DNA of 61,074 nt, filler included, from a bacterium (lineage in GTDB: Bacteria; UBP15; UBA6099; JAJRTR01): NCBI GenBank assembly GCA_024278215.1. It is 6 parts of 6 records of this genome, joined end to end, with 100 filler letters (N's around TTAATTAATTAA, not from the genome) between each part and the next. Parts side by side here need not be neighbours in the genome. Positions count along the whole stretch, not along the records: positions 43,284 to 50,432 come from JAJRTR010000125.1; positions 50,533 to 61,074 come from JAJRTR010000126.1; 4 more parts are not named here. One strand, 5' to 3'. The position numbers were made by a program, and so were the translations under genes. Positions 48,001-56,999 of the stretch are shown here, piece after piece. The notes beneath the pieces were generated by a model. It did not search any database. It saw nothing but the letters and a program-made list of their open reading frames with translations, and was not told where the DNA came from. Each line of letters starts with the position of its first letter. The stretch's first letter is position 1.

Positions 48001-50082
48001 ATGGCAAAAGTGCGAAATGCTGCCCTGGTCTCTGCGAAGGGAGCGGGAAAAACGTCACTTGTTGAGGCGATCCTATTCAACGAAAAAGTGACAGACAGAC
48101 TCGGAAGGGTAGAAGACGGCAACACGGTTTCCGACTACGATCAGGAAGAGATCGACAGGACGATGTCGCTGTCTCCCACAATATGTTCTTTCGAGCACAA
48201 TCAGGACCGGATACATATCGTGGATACGGCGGGATACTCGGATTTCTTCAACGAAACCAAGATGATTTGCCGCGTTGTAGATAATGTGATTATGCTCGTG
48301 AGCGGCGCGGAGGGCGTGAAATCCCAGGACATCAAACTGTGGCAGATGCTTGACGATTTCGGTGTGCCACGCATGGTGTTCATTAACGAAATGGACAAGG
48401 AGCTGGCGGATTTCGATATGGCATGGAAGTCGCTGGGGGAGAGCTTCGGCTCGTCCGTGTTTGTGCCGGTCGCAGTAGCTGTTGTCAAAGACAAGGTTCT
48501 GGTCGGCATCCTGGACATCGTCGCCATGAAATATATCGGCGGCAAAGCCGACGGAAGCGGTGAAATAAGTGTGGAGAAGATTCCCGACGACCTGGCGGAC
48601 CTTGCGGCAACATATCGAGAGAAACTTGTCGAGGCTATAGCTGAAATCAACGACGACATTATGGAACGATACCTCGAGGGTGAAGAAATTTCCGCCGATG
48701 AAATCGCCGGCGTGCTTCTTGAAGGTTCATCGTCAGGAAGTCTTGTGCCGGTGTGCTCGGGTTCGGCGACAAAGAATGTAGGAGTGAAGACACTGCTGGA
48801 TTATTTCATAAAACTTTCGGCATCCCCGCAGCAACACAGCGAGTTCAAAGGCCTCGATAAAAATGATAAAGAAACTGTGCTCAAACCGGAGCCCAACGAA
48901 TCTTTTGCGGCGACAGTTATCAAAACTTCAGTCGATCAGTACTCCGGCAAGGCAAGTATTTTCAGGGTGCTCGCAGGGAAAATCGAACCTGACAGCACAG
49001 TGATGATCGGCGAAAAAGACCGAAAGTTCAAAGTGTCCGCACTCGCAGTAATGTGCGGAAAAACCCAGAAACCAATCACATCGGCGGAAGTGGGCGACAT
49101 CGCATGTGTTATCAAAATAGACGACATCGACACCGGCAACACAATATGTGATGTGAATAATCCGTTCCTGCTGGAAAAACTTGACCTGCCCGAACCTGTC
49201 GTAGCCCTCGCAATCGAGTCGAAGGAACGCGGTGGGGAGGACAAGCTCAGCAAGGCCCTCAAAAGCATTCTTGACGAAGACCCAATGCTCAAACTCAAAC
49301 GTGACGAGCAGACAAAACAGCTTACTGTATGCGGCACCGGACAGGTGCACCTCGACTCCGCGGTCAACAGGATAAAAAAGCGGTTCCAGGTGGAGGTCAA
49401 TGTTTCACCGCCGGAAATCCCCTACAGAGAAACGATCACAAAATCCATTAAATATGTCGAATACACACACAAGAAACAGACAGGCGGTGCGGGCCAGTAT
49501 GCGCGTGTATTCATCGACCTCGAACCAATGGAGAGAGACGCCGGCTACGAATTTGTCGATAAAATCTTCGGCGGCGCTATCGACCAGGTCTTCAGGTCCT
49601 CGGTCGACAAAGGCATCCAGGCAGTCACGGCCCAGGGTGTGATCGCCGGATACCCCGTGACTGATGTCAGGGTTTCGCTCGTAGACGGTAAGACGCACCC
49701 TGTCGACAGCAAAGACATCGCTTTTCAGGTCGCGGGCCGCGAGGTCTTCAAAAAAGCATTCCTGCAGTGCCACCCGATCCTTCTCGAGCCGATAATGAAT
49801 GTTGAAATCGAGATACCCGACGAGTGCATGGGCGACGTCATCGGCGACATCAACAGCCGCAGGGGCAGGGTCATCACGACGGAACAGGGCAACAACGTAA
49901 CCATCGTTAAAGTGACTGTTCCACTTTCGGAAGTGTTGCGTTATGCGCCGGACCTGGATTCAATGACTTCCGGTCGCGGCACCTACACGATGGAACTCGG
50001 CCACTACGAAGAGGTCCCGAAACGTGTCGCTGAAGAGATTATCGCCAGATACAATAAGAAGATGAATAAAGAGGAAGAGTAA
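48001..50082 (+). CDS. Elongation factor G-like protein (EF-G2 type, divergent G domain)
   Basis: SAKGAGKTS, DYDQEEIDRTMSL, DTAGYSDF, NEMD, GTGQVHL, PYRETI, HKKQTGGAGQY, HPVDS, LLEPIM, TSGRG. Confidence 0.92.
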   Translation: MAKVRNAALVSAKGAGKTSLVEAILFNEKVTDRLGRVEDGNTVSDYDQEEIDRTMSLSPTICSFEHNQDRIHIVDTAGYSDFFNETKMICRVVDNVIMLVSGAEGVKSQDIKLWQMLDDFGVPRMVFINEMDKELADFDMAWKSLGESFGSSVFVPVAVAVVKDKVLVGILDIVAMKYIGGKADGSGEISVEKIPDDLADLAATYREKLVEAIAEINDDIMERYLEGEEISADEIAGVLLEGSSSGSLVPVCSGSATKNVGVKTLLDYFIKLSASPQQHSEFKGLDKNDKETVLKPEPNESFAATVIKTSVDQYSGKASIFRVLAGKIEPDSTVMIGEKDRKFKVSALAVMCGKTQKPITSAEVGDIACVIKIDDIDTGNTICDVNNPFLLEKLDLPEPVVALAIESKERGGEDKLSKALKSILDEDPMLKLKRDEQTKQLTVCGTGQVHLDSAVNRIKKRFQVEVNVSPPEIPYRETITKSIKYVEYTHKKQTGGAGQYARVFIDLEPMERDAGYEFVDKIFGGAIDQVFRSSVDKGIQAVTAQGVIAGYPVTDVRVSLVDGKTHPVDSKDIAFQVAGREVFKKAFLQCHPILLEPIMNVEIEIPDECMGDVIGDINSRRGRVITTEQGNNVTIVKVTVPLSEVLRYAPDLDSMTSGRGTYTMELGHYEEVPKRVAEEIIARYNKKMNKEEE

Positions 50083-50188
50083 AAGGGCACCCACCTTGCC
50101 GGGGGCTTTTACAGGATAATAACTCATGCCGCAAGTGGTGTGATACGGCACGGGAACCCTTTTCGACAGTGTATTTACTGGAATTGCC

Positions 50189-50226
50189 AACGGCTCCACC
50201 CTCACAGGTGGGGCCGTTTTCCATTT
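50189..50226 (+). terminator. Putative intrinsic terminator downstream of EF-G2
   Basis: AACGGCTCCACC-ctcaca-GGTGGGGCCGTT followed by TTCCATTT. Confidence 0.55.
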
Positions 50227-50321
50227 GTCGTAAGTTTATAGCATTTATTATTTAGAATTGCATACGTATAGTTACGATTATCATGTACAAAGCTGGACAG
50301 TACCAAGTTCTGGATAATACT

Positions 50322-50432
50322 TTACCCCTTTTTTACTGATTTGCGAAGCTTGGCGAGTTCGACGGATAGGTCGATCCATTCGCCGGTAAGTTTTTTGAAT
50401 TGCTTATAATTTGCTATTTGTTTTTTCACTTC
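50322..50432 (-). CDS. C-terminal fragment of a DUF6788-like IS-associated protein at the contig end
   Basis: EVKKQIANYKQFKKLTGEWIDLSVELAKLRKSVKKG*; resembles the helical C-terminus of DUF6788 proteins. Confidence 0.5.
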   Translation of the reverse strand, partial: EVKKQIANYKQFKKLTGEWIDLSVELAKLRKSVKKG

Positions 50433-50532
50433 NNNNNNNNNNNNNNNNNNNNNNNNNNNNNNNNNNNNNNNNNNNNTTAATTAATTAANNNNNNNNNNNN
50501 NNNNNNNNNNNNNNNNNNNNNNNNNNNNNNNN

Positions 50533-51602
50533 ATAACCTTACGCTCACACTTTCGTATGTACCCGGCCCGGTGCTGCGGGAAGAACTGGCCGTGCGGGGC
50601 GCGGTTCTGCGTGATCGCGATGTGGACGACAACCCGGATTTCGCGCGGCTCGACCCTTTCGCACAGCGCCTCAAGCGGATCGAGGAAGGAAAACGCGTGC
50701 TGCACGATGTCGTAGAACCGCAGTTCGTCGAAGCGGTTTTCGAGCAGATGAAAAACATCCACAGCGCGGGTTTTATACTCAACGATGTCAAGTATGGCAA
50801 CATTATAATCGAGGAAAACAGCGGCGAACCGTTCTTTGTGGATTTCGAACTTTCCATGAACTGCACCGGGATGGGAAGCAGCAGTTTCAGAGTGTTGCGA
50901 GACCTGGACATCGAAGAATTCAATCTTCATTTCGGTACGGAAAAACCAACATACAGAAGGATCAGGCAGCGCCTGGAAACCGGCTCGATCCCAATGCCGG
51001 AAAACTGGTACGCGCCTGTTTACATCGGTGCCGGCATGAAGATCGGCCGTATGTGGGACCCCGACTCCGGGTGGGGAAGATGGCATTATATTCTGAAAGA
51101 CAACATGCCGCCACTCGAGGGTGCGCGGGTACTCGATATCGGGTCGAACAATTCGTACCTCGCGCTCCTGATGCTGCAAAGCGGCGCGCGTGAAGCTGTC
51201 GGATTCGAGATAAACAGCGGTCGCATCGAGCAGGGCGAATTCCTGAAATCGGCTCTCGAATGGAAAGACAACAGGAAGTATAACTTCAGGTATATTCAGG
51301 AAAGTATGGCCGATTTGCCGTCGATGGACCTGGGGAAATTCGACATCGCAACCGCGCTCTGCTCGATATATTACCTTGACGACGAGTCTATCGACCGCGT
51401 CATCAGGCATATCAGCACCATATCCGAATATTTCGTGGTTCAGTGCAACACGGCGCGCGATATCGGGCGGCAGGATCAGCATGCTTACGAAAAAGCCGGC
51501 GTCGAATATCTCACAGCGGCACTCGTGCGGAACGGATTCCCCAATGTCAGAAAAATAGCGCCACGCGGCTATCCCAGACCGTTGCTGATTGGAAGCAAGT
51601 AG
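50533..51602 (+). CDS. C-terminal part of the kinase-methyltransferase fusion (kinase C-lobe plus class I SAM MTase)
   Basis: NLTLTLSYVPG (hinge), IHSAGFILNDVKYGNIII (catalytic loop), FVDFE (DFG-like), then GARVLDIGSNNSYLAL...VGFEIN and FDIATALCSIYYL. Confidence 0.85.
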
Positions 51603-51633
51603 TAATTAAGCTATTGTAATCGAGGGCGCTACT

Positions 51634-52731
51634 TTATTTCGAGACCAGTATCTTTGCGTATTCTGCGGCCATTTTATCCCATGAAAATTCGGTTTCGACC
51701 CAACCCGGACCGCTTCGAGCCATTTCGTTTCTAAGGCGGCTGTCTTCGATTAATTCGACGATTTTTTCGGCGAACGATGCCGGGCTTCCTTCGACAACGA
51801 AGCCGGTCCGGCCGTGCGACACTGCTTCCGGACATCCGGATTTGTTACCCACTATCACAGGCAGCGAACATGCCTGGGCCTCCAGTATCACCCTGGGCAG
51901 GCCGTCCGATGTGTCGTCGGGCGTGTGGTATACAAAAATGTGAGAATCCCTGTAGAGCTGCTTCATGTTGTCGACATTGACCAGCAGCCGGATTCTCCGC
52001 GCGAATGCGCTCGAGCCGATCTTTTTTTTAACTTGTTCAACATTATTGTTTCCACGGTCACCAGAAGCGGATACGGCGATTGTCAGAGTCGCGGTCGAGC
52101 AGGCGGCGACGATGTCGAACGCCTCGATAATAGTGAACAGCCCGTGTGTTTTCCTCGTAAAGTTCGCGTTTGACACTGTGAGTATGTGAAATTCGTCTAC
52201 GGTATCATCGCGTGCACCGGCAGTGAATTCCCCCCTGTAGTCGATGCCGCATAGCACCGGGAAGATGCGGCGGCTATCGGCATAGCCATTGCGAACCATG
52301 AGCTCCGCGCCTTTGCGGCTGTTGGTTATTATGAAAAGCGACCTGTTGAAAACAAACAGATAGGCGGCCCGGAATATCTTTTTCATCAGACCGCCGAGCG
52401 CGCGTCCCTCCGCCCTCGTTGCAATGTCGTCTTCAAACCATGCGACAAGGTGTATTCCGAACCGGATTCTTCTCAGCAACGCCATCACAGCGCCTGTCAC
52501 CACCGGCTTCAAGTACGACTCTTCTCCGAACAGATATACGTCGCATTTGTTCGTCGAAAGCGTTCTATATAAGTTGAAAGGTGAGTTCTTCTCAAGTTCA
52601 ATATAATCCGTCGACAGGTCCTCTGAACTGAAAGTCAACACTTCGATACCCTGGCAACCGTTCAGGCTGCCGCTCAGGTTCTCCGCTACTTCCGCTCTGA
52701 ATTCGACAAGTCCTACACGCATCGCACACAC
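51634..52731 (-). CDS. Glycosyltransferase family 4
   Basis: DGLPRVILEAQACSLPVI...GCPEAVSHGRTG, FSWDKMA. Confidence 0.88.
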   Translation of the reverse strand: MCAMRVGLVEFRAEVAENLSGSLNGCQGIEVLTFSSEDLSTDYIELEKNSPFNLYRTLSTNKCDVYLFGEESYLKPVVTGAVMALLRRIRFGIHLVAWFEDDIATRAEGRALGGLMKKIFRAAYLFVFNRSLFIITNSRKGAELMVRNGYADSRRIFPVLCGIDYRGEFTAGARDDTVDEFHILTVSNANFTRKTHGLFTIIEAFDIVAACSTATLTIAVSASGDRGNNNVEQVKKKIGSSAFARRIRLLVNVDNMKQLYRDSHIFVYHTPDDTSDGLPRVILEAQACSLPVIVGNKSGCPEAVSHGRTGFVVEGSPASFAEKIVELIEDSRLRNEMARSGPGWVETEFSWDKMAAEYAKILVSK

Positions 52732-52883
52732 TCTGTTTCACCCGGTGGTTTTTCGCAGCATACAATTCACCGGTGCTTTATTCCGGCATGGCACATAATT
52801 ATAGCTGAACTTTTGCATTTTTATAAAAAAGAACCGAAATTCCATCTCCACGAAATAATGATAGAGAAGTTATCCGCCCGGTC

Positions 52884-52913
52884 TTGACCAATCGGTCAAA
52901 TATGTGTTAGTCT
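52884..52913 (+). promoter_or_regulatory. Sigma70-type promoter overlapped by a palindromic (TetR-like) operator
   Basis: TTGACC-aatc-GGTCAA palindrome whose left arm is the -35 box; extended -10 TGtTAGTCT at 18-nt spacing. Confidence 0.55.
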
Positions 52914-52976
52914 ATTAAGACACTTGCAATTATATGTCAGGCTGCGAGCAGTGCCACTACATATCAGGAGTCACGA

Positions 52977-54299
52977 ATGAAGAAGACAAAAGAGGACAAA
53001 TGTGATGCGTTGATCGTGGGCGCCGGTGTTGTCGGTTCATACCTCGCGAGAAGGATTGCGGAGGAAGGCCACAAAGTTATTATTGTGGATAAAAGGAGCA
53101 GGGCCGAACTCGGCGGCTGGAAAAACAGCGGACACAATATCGACAAGGACGTCTTTAAAAAGCTTCCTGTCGAGCCGCCGGCGGAATCGGAAATCGGTGC
53201 GCAGGTGGAATATGCGGAGTTTCGCGGGCCGAACACTCATTTTAAGTTTCGCCTGCCCATGTACAATGTGCGGCTGGGGCTTTTCACGCGGCGAATCCTG
53301 GACGATGCGATGGACGCCGGAGCGAGTTTTCAGGGTGGAGTCGAGTGTCTCGGCGCGGAAATCGAAGACGGCTGTGTGGTGGGGATAAAAGCCCGCAAGG
53401 AAGGTGGCGATGTATCTTATCGCGCGAAGCTGGTTGTGGATGTCAGCGGTATATGTGCAGTAGTGCGCAACAGTCTCCCGGATGAATTCGGAATCGACAA
53501 AAAAATGACGCCGTTCGATTATCTGAATGTTTATTCCGAGGACCGCAAAGTCGACCCCGCGCATTGGCCTGTTCCGTTCACATATCATTCCGTGATGCAG
53601 GGCTGGAGCGGTTCGAGGCGTCCCGGGGTCATAGGGCTGGGGCTGGGGCGTTTTGGATACACGGGAGAAGACCCGGCGGAGGCGTGTCGCGCGCTGGCCC
53701 GGCAGGCGCTGAGTGTGCCGGGCGAAGTGATATTCAAGACGAGGGCAAGGGTGCCGGTAAGACATCCGCTGCACAAGCTCGCGGCACCGGGTGTTATGAT
53801 ATTGGGCGATGCCGCGTATCAGGGGAAACCGCTTAACGGTGAAGGCCTGAGCGTCATGCTCTACGCGGCCGAGACAGCTGCCGGTGTCGCCGCCCGCGCT
53901 CTGGCAAACGATGATGTGTCGGAAGAATCGCTATGGGACTATTCGTATCGTTACCAGCGAAAGTGGGGAAAGCGGTTCGCGCCGATTCACCGGTTGCGCT
54001 ATGAGCTTTCCCGATTCAGCAAAGAGGAGCAGGCATTCACAATGGGGTTGGGGCTCTATGGGCCTGAGGAAATGAGTTCGATAATGCTCGACGGCAAACT
54101 CGAAATATCAGCTCTGCAACTTGCGAATAAAGTCCGAAATGGATGGAAGGCGATTTTCAAACCTGATCTCGTTATTCGGCTCGCACGCGCTTCGCTACAG
54201 GGCTCGAAGCTGACGGAACTATACAGACAATACCCTCGGAAGCCGGCGGATATTACAGATTGGGCCGCGGAAGCCGATCATCTTTTCCGGCATGATTGA
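52977..54299 (+). CDS. FAD-dependent oxidoreductase, geranylgeranyl-reductase-like
   Basis: IVGAGVVG...VDK, AKLVVDVSG, ILGDAAYQGKPLNGEGL, LWDYSYRY; AGGAG RBS. Confidence 0.85.
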   Translation: MKKTKEDKCDALIVGAGVVGSYLARRIAEEGHKVIIVDKRSRAELGGWKNSGHNIDKDVFKKLPVEPPAESEIGAQVEYAEFRGPNTHFKFRLPMYNVRLGLFTRRILDDAMDAGASFQGGVECLGAEIEDGCVVGIKARKEGGDVSYRAKLVVDVSGICAVVRNSLPDEFGIDKKMTPFDYLNVYSEDRKVDPAHWPVPFTYHSVMQGWSGSRRPGVIGLGLGRFGYTGEDPAEACRALARQALSVPGEVIFKTRARVPVRHPLHKLAAPGVMILGDAAYQGKPLNGEGLSVMLYAAETAAGVAARALANDDVSEESLWDYSYRYQRKWGKRFAPIHRLRYELSRFSKEEQAFTMGLGLYGPEEMSSIMLDGKLEISALQLANKVRNGWKAIFKPDLVIRLARASLQGSKLTELYRQYPRKPADITDWAAEADHLFRHD

Positions 54300-54360
54300 T
54301 CCGCTGCGTATCTTTTCGCTTATCAGCAATTTCGTGGCCGATTAAGAAACTGTATACCTG

Positions 54361-56994
54361 TCACTTCGTTTCTTCGACTTCCGCTTCGCCATGCTTGATC
54401 TCGAAAGCTTCAAGTGTTTTTTCGTTGCCGTCGTAAACGACGCGCTCCGCGCTGAGTGTGCGGCCTTTTTCATCTTTATATTTCACATTACCTTCGAGAA
54501 TCGTTTTCTTTGTTATCCCGAAACGCCACATCCTGTCCGCCGTGGCCCGCGCCCGGCCCTGTACTATCCGGACATTGCCTTCGAGCAACAATTTCTTCTC
54601 GTCTTTTCCATACAGTGATTCGAGCCTGTCGGCAGTGATCTCGACAGCTCCCGCGAGCCGTTTCTTTACTTCCCCCTCGGCATCATTATCAATGAAACCT
54701 TCATCGAAAAGCCACCGGCCGCTGCTTTGCGCAACATAGACATTGCCTTCGGCTACCAGCCGTTTCGCCCGCGTGTCGACTTCGAGACTGTCCGCTCTCA
54801 GCTGCTTCAGAGGCTGCTTCACCAGCACATTGTCCTCGAAGCGCACAAAGCCCGCCTCTTCATTCATGAGCGCTTTGCCGCATGTAATATCTGTCGGTTT
54901 TCCGGCGATTCTACGGGCGTCCTCATCCACATCGCCGAACCACCCGTACTTATCGAGCCAGCCGCCGCCCTCCTGGTGGAATATGACATCGCCGGTGAAA
55001 ATGTATTCCTTTTTCAGCCTGTCGATATCCAGCCGGTCCGCTATGCTCCAGCGGGGCGGACCATCGTCCGCCGCCCTGAGCCGCACACGCCCGCCGGCCT
55101 CTCCGGTCGCGGTGCCTTTTTTCTTTTCCCAGTAGTATTTGAGCGTGTCCGCCTCGAGTTCGAAAGGTTCTCTTCCGGATTTTACGCCAGTCTCAGGCAC
55201 GCCTTTATCCTTCATTAAAACATTTCCTGTGAAAACAGCGTATTTCTCTTTTGTGTCGGCGTAAACAGTGTCGGCTGTTATCTCGGTTTCAGGGTCTTTG
55301 AGGATCACGCTGCCTGTGCCGGAAGCCGTGTCGCCGGTGTAATCGACCAACATCGTATCCGCATCGAGCTCGATGTCCCTGTAGAGCACCCGCGCGCGCG
55401 CATTTGCATATACACGGTCGGCTTTTTCGTCATACGTTATATCGTCGGAAAATACGCGCGCCCGCTCGACAGGCACAGTGCCGGACGCAACTGTCTCGCC
55501 GCCTTTTCGCTCCGCATAAACAGTGTCCAGCTCCTGTGCGGCGTCCTTGTCCACATCCATCTCCACGTAGGCTTTGCCCAGCGCTTCAAACTTCTTTTTC
55601 TCTTCGTTGTATTTAAACATGTCGGCGGTGATTTTTTTATCGTCCTCGATTGCCACAGGCCCGCCGTACACCGTCCACACGCCTTCTTCGCCTTTGTAGA
55701 CGGCTTTCGAGCCGAGCAGCCTGCGGTCCTTCTGCTCGACGATCACATCGCCAGCCGCCGCGAGGTCTTCCGACTCGAAGTCCATCTCCATCGTTTTGCA
55801 TCTGACCACAGTATCCTGCCGGGCGATTTCTTTTGTCTTGTCGCCGGCGTCTTCCCTTACAATCCCTTCGTCTTCGAGCCACTTTCCTTTATCCTGGTGC
55901 AGCCGCACACCGCCGGACAGAAAAGCCGTGTCGTTCTTCGAGTCGAGAAAAGCCCTGCCGGAGTTTAAGTCGAGATTATCCTGGTACATCAACATCGGCC
56001 CGGGGACCTCGACGTGGCCTTTCTTCCAATAGTAATAGACTTCCTGAGTCTCGATTTTCGTGTCGCGTTTTTTCAGAGCCGCCGCCGCATCGGCACGCGC
56101 GGCCTCCGGGATTTTCGCCTTATCTGCCTCCGGTTCGCCTTTTTTAACAATATGTACGTCACCGACAGCGCGGGCGTATTTCCTGGCGAAATCCATATAC
56201 ATCTCGTACGACTCGATGTAAAATTTTTCGCCCGTCAGCGTGACTTTAGGATTGCTGTCATAGCTCATGATCTCGCCCGGCATACGGATTATCTTCCAGC
56301 CGGTTTTCGGGAAGCAGCGCATGAACTTCGTCTTGCCTGAATATTCGATCTCGCCCGCCCGCAACACGAGTTTCTTCAGGTTTTTTTCCTCGATACCCGA
56401 TTCCGCAATCTCTTTTTTTGTCTTCTTCGAGCCCGATTCGTTTATGTCCGGAACCTCGACGACAACATCATTTTTCAGCGTCATATCGTCAAGGTCTTCG
56501 CCCGTAGCGGTCAGCTCCCGGGCCGAGTATGTGTTGCCGTCCATTCGCAGTTTAAGCGGGGTGGGTATGAAGAGTTTGTCGGGCTTGCCGTACCACTCGA
56601 CGCGTTGCGTGCGGAAGTAGTCGCCGTTGTCCGAGTCAAACATTATGTTGCCTTCAAGCACCACTTCGTCGGTCTCGCTGTTGTATGTGCCGCGCGCCGC
56701 GCTGAAGACGAACGGCGGTTTGTCTTTGCGATAGTAAATGCCTTTATATATATTCTTTAGATCGTGCCGCTTGCCGTCTTTGCCGACGGTTATCTCGTCC
56801 GTCCACACTTCCCACTTCAGCTTCTCTTTTTTGAGTATCCTTATATATGTGCCTTCGAGTGTGAATGACTCTCTGTCGTGGGTAATATACTTATCGACGT
56901 CAATGACGAATGCAGCGATCAGAAAAGCGATAATCAGCGCGAAGAAAGCGCCGAATGAAAACTGCCTCAGTTTTTCAAGACTTTCGTATTCCAT
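54361..56994 (-). CDS. LptC domain fused to multiple LptA/OstA beta-jellyroll modules (877 aa)
   Basis: N-terminal TM anchor, LptC-like KWEVWTD...ARGTYN...VVLEGNI, then repeated (A/L/F)xGxV and ITAD(x)L/xYD units to the C-terminus. Confidence 0.8.
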   Translation of the reverse strand: MEYESLEKLRQFSFGAFFALIIAFLIAAFVIDVDKYITHDRESFTLEGTYIRILKKEKLKWEVWTDEITVGKDGKRHDLKNIYKGIYYRKDKPPFVFSAARGTYNSETDEVVLEGNIMFDSDNGDYFRTQRVEWYGKPDKLFIPTPLKLRMDGNTYSARELTATGEDLDDMTLKNDVVVEVPDINESGSKKTKKEIAESGIEEKNLKKLVLRAGEIEYSGKTKFMRCFPKTGWKIIRMPGEIMSYDSNPKVTLTGEKFYIESYEMYMDFARKYARAVGDVHIVKKGEPEADKAKIPEAARADAAAALKKRDTKIETQEVYYYWKKGHVEVPGPMLMYQDNLDLNSGRAFLDSKNDTAFLSGGVRLHQDKGKWLEDEGIVREDAGDKTKEIARQDTVVRCKTMEMDFESEDLAAAGDVIVEQKDRRLLGSKAVYKGEEGVWTVYGGPVAIEDDKKITADMFKYNEEKKKFEALGKAYVEMDVDKDAAQELDTVYAERKGGETVASGTVPVERARVFSDDITYDEKADRVYANARARVLYRDIELDADTMLVDYTGDTASGTGSVILKDPETEITADTVYADTKEKYAVFTGNVLMKDKGVPETGVKSGREPFELEADTLKYYWEKKKGTATGEAGGRVRLRAADDGPPRWSIADRLDIDRLKKEYIFTGDVIFHQEGGGWLDKYGWFGDVDEDARRIAGKPTDITCGKALMNEEAGFVRFEDNVLVKQPLKQLRADSLEVDTRAKRLVAEGNVYVAQSSGRWLFDEGFIDNDAEGEVKKRLAGAVEITADRLESLYGKDEKKLLLEGNVRIVQGRARATADRMWRFGITKKTILEGNVKYKDEKGRTLSAERVVYDGNEKTLEAFEIKHGEAEVEETK

Positions 56995-56999
56995 ATTAT

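Noticed and set aside
50083-50226. 6S RNA call
   Set aside because: Too short and asymmetric, and the recalled motif is in the wrong position; kept only as an unassigned structured region.
15130-50532. Five identical TTAATTAATTAA motifs within N-runs
   Set aside because: Artificial six-frame-stop contig linkers; ORFs running into them (X residues) have false ends.
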